In this document: one piece after another, positions 7,997-16,108 of the stretch
How the letters are laid out: every line of letters starts with the position of its first letter
Numbering within the stretch: the first letter of the stretch is position 1
Assembly: GCA_051745145.1 (NCBI GenBank)
Contig: JBNJDT010000037.1
Location: 1 to 16,108 of the forward strand
DNA length: 16,108 nucleotides
Origin: Elusimicrobiota bacterium
GTDB taxonomy: Bacteria > CG03 > SLGR01 > JAGXOG01
Direction of reading: 5' to 3'
Made by a program: the position numbers and the translations under genes
Notes under the pieces: generated by a model
The model's database searches: none
What the model was told of the DNA's origin: nothing
What the model saw: only the letters and a program-made list of their open reading frames with translations

Positions 7997-8047
7997 TGTC
8001 TGTGTATGAGATGAGATTTTGGATAACCCGGCCGGGATGTTAAGAAT

Positions 8048-9235
8048 ATGATATTCAGTCTTAAAATGGCCTGGGCCTATTTTAAAAAAATCTGGTCCAG
8101 GGGTATTCTGGGAGTAATGGTAATTATATCTGTAGCGGGTGTAGCTTTGGGAGTGGCTTCTCTGGTAGTAACCCTGTCGGTTATGAACGGTTTTCACACC
8201 GAGATTACCTCAAAACTTTTAAAATTAACCCCTCACCTTACGGTACTTAATTCTTCTCCCCGGAAGTTAATTGATGATGAGATAAATTCAGCGGGAGAAA
8301 CAATTGACCAGGTTGAAAAATACGGGGCCTTTGTCTATGGCCGGGGATTGCTCCAGCGTAAACAGAACAGTCAGGGAGTGGTTATAAAAGGCGTGGAAGC
8401 CGGAAAAGAAGAAATAAATTTAAAATCCGGAACCTGGGGCGGGTCCGAAGGTATAGCCATAGGCGAGAATCTGGCAAAATCACTGGGTTTAAAAATAGAT
8501 GATAAGGTATATCTTGTTATACCCCGGGTGGAAGATTTGAGTATGCCCGTGGTCCCGAGGATACAGGAATTTACCGTCAACGGTATTTTCAAAGCGGGTA
8601 TGTATGAATATGATACCGGTCTGGTTTACGCGGGATACAGTGTAGTAGAAGAACTTTTTGAAGATACTTCAAATTCAAAAGGGGTAGAAATCTTTATAAA
8701 AGACCCCTTTAAAGCCGGTCAGGTTTCCGGACAACTTAAAGATGCTATAGGAGAACACAATATAATAAGGACCTGGCAGGATCAGAACAGGAATCTTTTT
8801 GCAGCCCTGAAACTTGAAAAGACAATGATGTTTATTGTACTGGTAATGATAGTGGTGGTGGCCACTTTTAATATTGCCGGTTCCCTGATAATGGTTGCCG
8901 TCTCCCGGTCCAAGGACTGTGGAATACTAAGAGCCATGGGAGCTACCAAAAAGCAGATAATGGTTATGTTTAATTTAAAAGGAATTTTTATTGGCTTGGG
9001 AGGTACTGCCGTGGGGGTCGGTTTGGGGATAGTGATAAGTCTGGTGGTGGAAAAATATCAGTTTATCGAATTGCCTCCCGAAGTTTACCTGGTATCCCGC
9101 TTACCGGTACAGGTAAGTTTAGGAGATATAGCGATAATAAGTGTGACTGCTGTACTCATAAGTTTTTTATCAACTATTTATCCGGCATACCGGGCGGGCC
9201 ATATTCAGGTTGCCGAGGAGTTAAGGTATGAATAA
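8048..9235 (+). CDS. Lipoprotein-releasing ABC transporter permease, LolC/E (LolF-type) family
   Basis: TM1 followed by SVMNGF, a periplasmic MacB-like domain, TWQDQNRNLFAALKLEK, VATFNI, GILRAMGA, and STIYPAYRA...LRYE. Directly upstream of lolD. Confidence 0.92.
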   Translation: MIFSLKMAWAYFKKIWSRGILGVMVIISVAGVALGVASLVVTLSVMNGFHTEITSKLLKLTPHLTVLNSSPRKLIDDEINSAGETIDQVEKYGAFVYGRGLLQRKQNSQGVVIKGVEAGKEEINLKSGTWGGSEGIAIGENLAKSLGLKIDDKVYLVIPRVEDLSMPVVPRIQEFTVNGIFKAGMYEYDTGLVYAGYSVVEELFEDTSNSKGVEIFIKDPFKAGQVSGQLKDAIGEHNIIRTWQDQNRNLFAALKLEKTMMFIVLVMIVVVATFNIAGSLIMVAVSRSKDCGILRAMGATKKQIMVMFNLKGIFIGLGGTAVGVGLGIVISLVVEKYQFIELPPEVYLVSRLPVQVSLGDIAIISVTAVLISFLSTIYPAYRAGHIQVAEELRYE

Positions 9236-9917
9236 AGATAGAACCTGTCTGGAATTAAAGAGCATTCACAAAGTATACAGGCAGGGCAAAAAGCAGATAG
9301 AAGTTTTAAAAGATATAAACCTGAATTTATATACCGGTAAATGGTATACGGTATTCGGGGTTTCGGGAAGCGGAAAAACAACTTTATTAAATATTCTGGG
9401 AGGGCTGGAAAAACCAGACCGGGGAGCTATTGAATATAATGGCCGGGATATATATTCTCTGAAGGATAAAAAACTTTCAAATTGGAGAAATAAGAAAATT
9501 GGCTTTGTTTTCCAGTTTTTTCACCTTATGGGAGAACTGAACGTAAAGAAGAATATTTTATTGCCCGTATCTATTAAAAATAATGATTATGACAGAACCT
9601 GGTTTGACAGAATAATAGATCTTCTGGATATCGGGGACTTACTCAACCGACAGCCGGCAACTTTAAGCGGCGGCGAAAAGCAGCGGGTAGCTATTGCCCG
9701 GGCCCTGATAAATAAACCTGATTTTATTCTGGCGGATGAGCCTACCGGGAACCTGGATTCTAAAAATAGTAAAATGGTGGTGAAACTCCTGGAAAATTTG
9801 AAGTCTGAGAGTGAAGTAGGTATAATATTGGCAACGCATGAGCACAATCTTACGGGGAAAGATGATAAAAAACTTTTAATAGAGGAAGGACAGGTGCAGA
9901 TAGATAAAAAGGAGTAA
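9228..9917 (+). CDS. lolD: Lipoprotein-releasing ABC transporter ATP-binding protein
   Basis: Walker [23 protein letters not shown], signature [15 protein letters not shown], Walker [13 protein letters not shown]-loop ATH. Overlaps the permease gene by 8 nt. Confidence 0.9.
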   Translation: MNKDRTCLELKSIHKVYRQGKKQIEVLKDINLNLYTGKWYTVFGVSGSGKTTLLNILGGLEKPDRGAIEYNGRDIYSLKDKKLSNWRNKKIGFVFQFFHLMGELNVKKNILLPVSIKNNDYDRTWFDRIIDLLDIGDLLNRQPATLSGGEKQRVAIARALINKPDFILADEPTGNLDSKNSKMVVKLLENLKSESEVGIILATHEHNLTGKDDKKLLIEEGQVQIDKKE

Positions 9918-9920
9918 AAA

Positions 9921-10808
9921 ATGGGAGATCTGATATATTTAAACGGTAATTATGTAAGTAGAGAAGATGCTAAAATATCTGTTTTTGATCACGGTCTTTT
10001 ATACGGAGACGGTGTATTTGAAGGAATACGATCATATAAGGGAAATATCTTTAAATTAAAAGAACATCTGGACCGGCTGTACCGGTCCGCCAGGGCTATA
10101 AAGTTAAATATACCGCTGGAAAAACAGGAGATGGAGGATGCGGTAGTAGAGAGTGTCCGGGTAAATAAATTAAAGGATGCCTATATCAGGCTGGTAGTTA
10201 CCCGGGGAGTGGGAGATCTGGGTTTAAATCCGGAAAAATGTCCCCAGCCCAGTATTTTTATAATTGTAGATTCCATTACCCTTTACCCGAAAGAATTTTA
10301 TGAAAACGGTTTAAAATTGATAACTGCCTCGACGCGGCGAAATATACCGGATGCTTTGAGCCCCCGGGTTAAATCCCTTAATTATTTAAATAATATTATG
10401 GCCAAGATAGAGGCCAATATGAATGATGTTCCCGAGGCTTTGATGTTAAATAACGAGGGATACGTGGCCGAGTGTACGGGAGATAATATATTTATAGTTA
10501 CCGGAGATGATAAAGTTTTAACCCCTCCTCCCTATGTGGGAACTTTAACAGGGATAACCAGAAATACCATAATAGACATAGTAAAAGAATTGGGAATAGA
10601 AGTAAAAGAGACCCCGTTTACTCTTTTTGAACTTTATAATGCCAAAGAGTGTTTCCTAACGGGAACGGCGGCCGAGGTTATTCCGGTGGTCAATATTGAC
10701 GACAGAATGATAGGAGACGGTCAGCCGGGAGAGATAACCTGGGAGCTAATAGACAAATTTCGTAAAGTTGCTCCTCAGGACGGGGTTAAAGTAAATTATA
10801 AAGAGTAG
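9921..10808 (+). CDS. ilvE: Branched-chain amino acid aminotransferase (PLP fold type IV)
   Basis: [32 protein letters not shown] lysine in [45 protein letters not shown] at 9909-9914. Confidence 0.93.
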   Translation: MGDLIYLNGNYVSREDAKISVFDHGLLYGDGVFEGIRSYKGNIFKLKEHLDRLYRSARAIKLNIPLEKQEMEDAVVESVRVNKLKDAYIRLVVTRGVGDLGLNPEKCPQPSIFIIVDSITLYPKEFYENGLKLITASTRRNIPDALSPRVKSLNYLNNIMAKIEANMNDVPEALMLNNEGYVAECTGDNIFIVTGDDKVLTPPPYVGTLTGITRNTIIDIVKELGIEVKETPFTLFELYNAKECFLTGTAAEVIPVVNIDDRMIGDGQPGEITWELIDKFRKVAPQDGVKVNYKE

Positions 10809-10813
10809 GGAAA

Positions 10814-11341
10814 TTGCTCTGCGAACTGTGCAATAAAAGAAAAGCCACGGTTTTAATTAAAAAAATCGATAACGGCGAAAAAATTGAGTATAATCTCTGT
10901 GAAAAATGCGCTTCTCAAATTTCACGGCCCGAAATAAATTTGAAAGAACTCCAAAAAGATATTTTTTCCAGTATATCCGATATGCTTGCCGGGTTTAGTT
11001 CCCTGGAAAGTTATGAAACGGAACCGGACAAAATAACATCAAAGAAGTGTCCGGGGTGTGGTTTGACATTTAAAGAATTTCAGGATAGCGGTCAGTTCGG
11101 ATGTCCGGAATGTTATCAGACTTTTTCGGATGAGTTAATTCCATTGCTTAAAAGACTTCAGGGTTCGGTGCAGCATGCCGGAAAAAGTCCGCCGGGAAAG
11201 AAAAAACTTACTGAAATAAATAAACTGCGTGAAGAGCTGGATAACGCAGTGGCAAAAGAGGATTATGAGAGAGCAGCCGTTATAAGGGATAAGATAAAAG
11301 AAGTTAAGGAAAAAAATGGAACTTCGGAATCTAGCACTTAA
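10814..11341 (+). CDS. mcsA: McsA, protein-arginine kinase activator (four CxxC motifs + C-terminal UVR domain)
   Basis: CELC, CEKC, CPGC and GCPECY motifs; H-x-GK-x-P; UVR helix AVAKEDYERAAVIRDKIK. TTG start 5 nt after the ilvE stop, directly upstream of mcsB-clpC. Confidence 0.93.
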   Translation: MLCELCNKRKATVLIKKIDNGEKIEYNLCEKCASQISRPEINLKELQKDIFSSISDMLAGFSSLESYETEPDKITSKKCPGCGLTFKEFQDSGQFGCPECYQTFSDELIPLLKRLQGSVQHAGKSPPGKKKLTEINKLREELDNAVAKEDYERAAVIRDKIKEVKEKNGTSESST

Positions 11342-12380
11342 AAATATCGGCTGGCTGGGAAAAAAATCAGAAGAAAATCCGGGGATTGTTTCCACCCGGA
11401 TAAGATTGGCCAGAAATTTATCGGATATTCCTTTTCCTCAACGCTCTGTTGTTATGCAGGGGGCTTCGGATAATCAGCTCAAAGAAAGTTTGGATAAAAT
11501 TTTTGAAGCCTGTGAAAAAAGTTCTTTTTTTAAAAACAGCCGGAAGATAAGATTAGCTGAATGTTCGGATATTGATAGAAAGCTTCTTGTGGAAAGACAT
11601 ATTATAAGTCACGAACACGCGGGAACTTCAAAGTACGGCGGAGTGGTAATAGATGAGCGCGAACAGCTGAGTATTATGGTAAATGAAGAGGACCATTTAA
11701 GAATACAGTATATAGAAGGGGGATTAAATTTTTTTCAGGCATGGGATATAATGAATAAGATCGATGACGATTTAAGTAATTATCTGGATATAGCTTATTC
11801 TGACAAATGGGGTTATCTTACTTCGTGTCCGACAAATACGGGCACGGGAATGAGAGCTTCCTGTCAGCTGCATCTTCCCGGCCTGGGAATGTCAAACGGA
11901 ATTAAGATGACCATGGAGAATATAAATAAGATGGGAATGGTGGTCAGAGGTCTTTACGGAGAGGGCACTAGGGTTATGGGGAATATGGTCCAGGTTTCCA
12001 ATCAGGTAACTTTAGGTATATCGGAAAAGCGGATAACAGACAGTCTCAACCGGCTGGTCGGGCAGGTTGCTCAAAGAGAAAATAAGGTAAGAGACAGCAT
12101 TGTAAAAAGAAGGATGGATGAATTAAAGGATATGGCTTTCAGGTCATACGGTATTTTGACCAGCGCTTATAAAATAGGCATTGAGGAAGCCTTAAACCTT
12201 TTGTCAAATATCCGGTTTGGAGTGTATGTGGGAATACTGGATGTAGAGATGGAGATTTTAAATAATTTAATAATTAAAATACAGCCTGCACATCTCCAGG
12301 AAATTGAAAACAAAACTTTAAATTCCCGGCAGAAAGATATAGTCCGGGCAGAAAAAATAAAAGAAGAGATAGGGAAGTAA
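11316..12380 (+). CDS. mcsB: McsB protein arginine kinase
   Basis: STRIRLARN, NEEDHLRIQ, GYLTSCPTNTGTGMRAS, RGLYGEG, QVSNQVTLG, and C-terminal D-x-x-RA motif (KDIVRA). Overlaps mcsA by 26 nt. Confidence 0.95.
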   Translation: MELRNLALKNIGWLGKKSEENPGIVSTRIRLARNLSDIPFPQRSVVMQGASDNQLKESLDKIFEACEKSSFFKNSRKIRLAECSDIDRKLLVERHIISHEHAGTSKYGGVVIDEREQLSIMVNEEDHLRIQYIEGGLNFFQAWDIMNKIDDDLSNYLDIAYSDKWGYLTSCPTNTGTGMRASCQLHLPGLGMSNGIKMTMENINKMGMVVRGLYGEGTRVMGNMVQVSNQVTLGISEKRITDSLNRLVGQVAQRENKVRDSIVKRRMDELKDMAFRSYGILTSAYKIGIEEALNLLSNIRFGVYVGILDVEMEILNNLIIKIQPAHLQEIENKTLNSRQKDIVRAEKIKEEIGK

Positions 12381-12394
12381 AAAAGAAAATAATT

Positions 12395-12399
12395 AGGAG
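12395..12399 (+). promoter_or_regulatory. Shine-Dalgarno site of clpC
   Basis: AGGAG 11 nt before the ATG at 12411, in the same AGGAGTTAAA context as lysS. Confidence 0.6.
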
Positions 12400-12410
12400 T
12401 TAAATATATC

Positions 12411-14852
12411 ATGTACAATAAATTCACAAAAAGAGCACAAAAGGTACTGGTTCTTGCCCAGGAAGAGGCAAAAAAATTAAATCACGATTACGTAGGTACG
12501 GAGCATATACTTTTAGGGCTTCTTTCTTTAAATGAAGGTGTGGCCGCAGAAACTTTTAAAGTTATAGGGGTGGACAGAAAAAAATTAACCCAGCAGGTTA
12601 TAAACGTTATAGGGGAGGGAGATAATGTTCTACTCTCCGGTGAACGTCCCATGACCCCCCGGGCAAAAAGAGTTCTTTCCCTATCGGTAAAAGAAGCCAA
12701 TAAACTTGGGCACAATTTTGTGGGTACGGAGCATATTCTTTTAGGACTTATTAAAGAAAAAGACGGAGTAGCCAATCAGGTGATGAAGGGAGCGGGACTC
12801 TCGCAGGATAAGATAAAAGACACTATATTAAATTTACTCGGAGAAGGTGCTTTTCAGCCCCTCGGAGGCGGAAAGGGGGGGAGTACGGGGAAGAAATCCA
12901 GCAAAACACCGACTCTTGATTCCTATGGAAGAAACTTAATAACTATGGCCAGAGAAGATAAACTTGACCCGGTAATAGGCAGAGAAAAAGAAGTCCAGCG
13001 GCTGATACAGATACTTTCCCGGCGAACTAAAAATAATCCTGTTTTAGTGGGAGACGCCGGTGTGGGAAAGACCGCGGTAGTAGAAGGACTTGCCCAGCAG
13101 ATAGCCAACAATGAAGTGCCGGAGCTTTTGATGAATAAAAAGGTGATTACTCTGGATTTAGCGGCTATGATTGCCGGTACAAAATATCGGGGAGAATTTG
13201 AAAAAAGGTTAAAGAAAGCTATAAATGAAATTCGCAAGGCCGAGGGAAAAATAATCCTCTTCATAGATGAGCTTCACACGGTCATGGGGGCCGGTGCCGC
13301 CGAAGGAGCCATGGATGCCTCTAATATTATAAAACCGGCTCTTTCTAAAGGGGAGCTTCAGTGTATAGGAGCAACCACTTTAGATGAATACAGAAAAAAT
13401 ATAGAAGGTGATGCGGCTTTGGCCAGAAGATTTCAGCAGATTTTAGTTGACCCGCCTTCTGTAAATGAAACTGTTCAGATTTTAAAAGGATTAAGGGACA
13501 GGTACGAGGCCCACCATCAGGTTAAGTTTACTGATGAAGCACTTGATGCGGCGGCCAGATTGTCAGAAAGATTTATTACGGACCGGTTTCTTCCGGATAA
13601 AGCTATTGATGTTTTAGACGAAGCGGGTTCCCGTATGAGATTAAATGCCAATGTATTGCCTGATGAGATTAAAGAAATGGAGGCTAAAAAAGAAAATTTA
13701 ACCAAGGAGAAAGAGTCGGCTATTTCGTCACAGGAATTTGAAAAAGCGGCGGATTTAAGAGATAAAGAAAAAAATTTAGAACAGAAGATAAAAAAACAAA
13801 AACAGGCCTGGGAGTCCGATAAACAGACGGGGAATAATACTGTAACTCCAGAGATAATTGCCGATATAGTTTCAGAATGGACCGGGGTACCGGTTTCAAA
13901 ATTAACCGAGAAAGAGTCTCAGAGACTTTTGAATATGGAGGACGAATTACACGAGAGAATAGTCGGTCAGGATGAGGCCGTTACAAAAATTTCCCATGCT
14001 ATAAGACGTTCCCGGACGGGACTGAAAGAAAAGCGCAAGCCCATTGGATCATTTCTATTTTTAGGTCCTACGGGGGTGGGAAAAACGGAGCTTGCCCGTA
14101 CCCTGGCAGAATATCTTTTCGGAGACTCAGATGCCCTTATAAGAGTGGATATGAGTGAATTTATGGAAAAATTTTCGGTTTCCAGACTCATAGGAGCGCC
14201 TCCGGGATATGTAGGATATGATGAAGGCGGAACTTTAACCGAATCGGTAAGACGCAAACCCTATTCGGTTGTACTGCTGGATGAAATTGAAAAAGCACAT
14301 CCTGAAGTTTATAATATACTTCTTCAAATTTTTGACAACGGTCAAATAACCGACAATTTAGGGCACAAGGTGATTTTCAGAAATACCGTTATAATAATGA
14401 CCTCCAATCTCGGCGCCCGGGAATTAAAAAGCCGGGGAATGGGTTTTCAAAAAGGGGGTCAGACAAAGATGAATTATGATAAGATAAAAAATAAGGTAAT
14501 GGATGAGACTAAAAAGAACTTTAATCCCGAATTTCTAAACAGGCTTGACGAGCTTATAGTATTTCATCCCCTTAACAAGGAACATATAATTAAAATAGTG
14601 GAAATTCTTTTCGGGGAACTCCAGGAAAAACTTACCCAGCAGGATATCCAGATAGAACCTTCCAAAAAAGTTGAGGAGTTTATTGCCCGGAAAGGCTATG
14701 ATCCTGAGTACGGTGCCCGGCCCCTGCAACGCACTATCCGTAAATATATCGAAGATCCGCTTGCCCGGGAAATGCTGGAGAAAGAGATCCAGCCCCCGGT
14801 AAAAATAAAATGCAAGGTAAAAGACGATAAAATAGTTTTTGAAAAAAGGTAA
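12411..14852 (+). CDS. clpC: ATP-dependent Clp protease ATP-binding subunit ClpC
   Basis: Two N-domain repeats ([10 protein letters not shown] twice); NBD1 with GDAGVGKT and LFIDELH; short UVR-type middle domain ([11 protein letters not shown]); NBD2 with GPTGVGKT and LLDEIEKAH; ClpP-docking MGF loop; YGARPL. Confidence 0.97.
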   Translation: MYNKFTKRAQKVLVLAQEEAKKLNHDYVGTEHILLGLLSLNEGVAAETFKVIGVDRKKLTQQVINVIGEGDNVLLSGERPMTPRAKRVLSLSVKEANKLGHNFVGTEHILLGLIKEKDGVANQVMKGAGLSQDKIKDTILNLLGEGAFQPLGGGKGGSTGKKSSKTPTLDSYGRNLITMAREDKLDPVIGREKEVQRLIQILSRRTKNNPVLVGDAGVGKTAVVEGLAQQIANNEVPELLMNKKVITLDLAAMIAGTKYRGEFEKRLKKAINEIRKAEGKIILFIDELHTVMGAGAAEGAMDASNIIKPALSKGELQCIGATTLDEYRKNIEGDAALARRFQQILVDPPSVNETVQILKGLRDRYEAHHQVKFTDEALDAAARLSERFITDRFLPDKAIDVLDEAGSRMRLNANVLPDEIKEMEAKKENLTKEKESAISSQEFEKAADLRDKEKNLEQKIKKQKQAWESDKQTGNNTVTPEIIADIVSEWTGVPVSKLTEKESQRLLNMEDELHERIVGQDEAVTKISHAIRRSRTGLKEKRKPIGSFLFLGPTGVGKTELARTLAEYLFGDSDALIRVDMSEFMEKFSVSRLIGAPPGYVGYDEGGTLTESVRRKPYSVVLLDEIEKAHPEVYNILLQIFDNGQITDNLGHKVIFRNTVIIMTSNLGARELKSRGMGFQKGGQTKMNYDKIKNKVMDETKKNFNPEFLNRLDELIVFHPLNKEHIIKIVEILFGELQEKLTQQDIQIEPSKKVEEFIARKGYDPEYGARPLQRTIRKYIEDPLAREMLEKEIQPPVKIKCKVKDDKIVFEKR

Positions 14853-14861
14853 ATGTAAAGG

Positions 14862-16108
14862 ATGAAAGAATTAAAAGGTATCTCAGCATCTTCCGGGATA
14901 GCTATAGGGGTAGTCTGTGTTTACGAGACCGGAGCAGCTGCCGGAATTGAGCACTACAGCATATCCAAAAAACAGGTTGATAACGAACTGAAAAGATTTA
15001 AGAAAGCTTTAGATACAGCAGAAACCAGGATAAAAAAATTAAAAGAAGTTTCCGGAGAATTATTCGGGGAACAGGGCAGCGATATAATTACGGCCCATCT
15101 TTCAATATTAAACGATAAGGGTTTACAGAAAAAGATAAAAGATGATATTTCAGAAAATCTTGTAAATGCCGAACACGCAGTAGAGGATGTTTTTAAAGAA
15201 TACGCCCAAAAACTCACCGGAATTTCCGCCGAAAAAGCGCATTTTGAAGAGATAACCCATGATATAGCGGATGTAAGAGATAGATTGCTGGATTCTTTTA
15301 AGGGCAGTGATTCGGGACAGTTTAAATGTCCGGTGGGCGAAAAGAAACCGGTAGTGGTGGCTGCTAAAAGACTGACCCCTTCTATGGTTATAAATATTTC
15401 CCGGAAAAACACACTGGCTTTTGTAGCAGAAAAAGGGGGGGTTACCGCCCACGCCAGTATACTGGCCCGGACCCTGGGAATTCCGGTAATAGTCGGCATA
15501 GATATAGAAGGGGAGCTGGAATGCCGGTGCCAGGTTATTGTAGACGGGGCCCTGGGAAAAGTAATAGTTGAACCGGACCGGGAGACCGTACAAAAATACC
15601 GAAAAAAGAAAGAAAAGTCCCAAAAGAGAAGAGAAATGTGTAAAATAACCCTGCACGAGCCCACCCGCACCGCCCAGGGCCGGAGGATAAATTTAAAAGT
15701 CAATATAAGTACCATGGGAGAACTTGAGCTCTTAAAAAATACTTCTCTTCAGAAGGAAAATTCGGATACGGCAGTACACTATGACGGTGTGGGACTTTTG
15801 AGAACAGAATTTATTTTCATGAACGAAAAAAAACCTCCAGAAGAGGAATACCAGCTGGAAATTTATAAAAATATACTCCAATCGGCCGGCAACCGGCCTG
15901 TAGTGGCCAGGATGATGGATATTAGCGAGGATAAGATACCGGATTTTATAGATTTACCCTCTAAAATAAATCCCGGTATGAATTTAAGAGGGGCCTCGGC
16001 GGTTTTAACTTTCCGGGATATATATTTAACCCAGGCCCGGGCCATGCTAAGGGCCGCCGGGGAAGGAAAACTGAAAATACTTTTTCCCATGGTTTCTGAT
16101 TCGGAAGA
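14862..16108 (+). CDS. ptsI: Phosphoenolpyruvate--protein phosphotransferase (PTS enzyme I) family, divergent, 3'-truncated by the window edge
   Basis: My manual translation from ATG 14862 is open to the end: MKELKGISASSGIAIG..., IITAHLSILND, VNAEHAV, DIADVRDRLL, LTPS, phospho-His motif GGVTAHASILARTLGIP (His197, codon 15450-15452), VIVDG, DGVGLLRTEFIF, RMMDISEDK, ILFPMVS. No N-terminal GAF domain. Absent from the ORF track because there is no stop in the window. Confidence 0.92.
   Translation, partial: MKELKGISASSGIAIGVVCVYETGAAAGIEHYSISKKQVDNELKRFKKALDTAETRIKKLKEVSGELFGEQGSDIITAHLSILNDKGLQKKIKDDISENLVNAEHAVEDVFKEYAQKLTGISAEKAHFEEITHDIADVRDRLLDSFKGSDSGQFKCPVGEKKPVVVAAKRLTPSMVINISRKNTLAFVAEKGGVTAHASILARTLGIPVIVGIDIEGELECRCQVIVDGALGKVIVEPDRETVQKYRKKKEKSQKRREMCKITLHEPTRTAQGRRINLKVNISTMGELELLKNTSLQKENSDTAVHYDGVGLLRTEFIFMNEKKPPEEEYQLEIYKNILQSAGNRPVVARMMDISEDKIPDFIDLPSKINPGMNLRGASAVLTFRDIYLTQARAMLRAAGEGKLKILFPMVSDSE

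Noticed and set aside
6802..14729. Minus-strand ORFs opposite lysS, lol, mcsA/B and clpC
   Set aside because: Antisense shadows of conserved genes with no independent support.
12411..14852. ClpB or ClpA assignment
   Set aside because: The short UVR-type middle domain, MGF ClpP-docking loop and mcsA/mcsB context indicate ClpC.
14954..16090. 253-aa, 168-aa and 75-aa minus-strand ORFs
   Set aside because: Antisense to the PTS enzyme I frame starting at 14862, which carries clear family motifs.
1..16108. CRISPR array, tRNA/rRNA, IS or prophage
   Set aside because: No spaced direct repeats, RNA-gene signatures, or transposase/integrase/phage-like ORFs seen; the longest intergenic gap is 153 bp.

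Overview
Gene-dense, mostly housekeeping region of a low-to-moderate GC diderm bacterium. It has LptF/G, LolC/E-LolD and an outer-membrane barrel. TTGACA/TATAAT-type promoters, Shine-Dalgarno sites, McsA/McsB and PTS enzyme I argue against Bacteroidota, but the lineage cannot be fixed from this window. Layout: a partial lptF/lptG-family gene on the - strand (missed by the ORF track) is divergent from a 1693-aa SprA/Sov-like (T9SS translocon-like) outer-membrane protein, whose stop overlaps the start of comF. A tightly packed + strand run follows: lysS - lolC/E - lolD - ilvE - mcsA - mcsB - clpC - ptsI-like (partial, also missed by the ORF track). The best leads are the compact SprA-like barrel in an apparently non-Bacteroidota host, its coupling to ComF, and a PTS enzyme I with substitutions at normally conserved glycines of the PEP-binding domain. 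I saw no RNA genes, CRISPR arrays or mobile elements. All family assignments come from motif recognition by eye; no database search was run.
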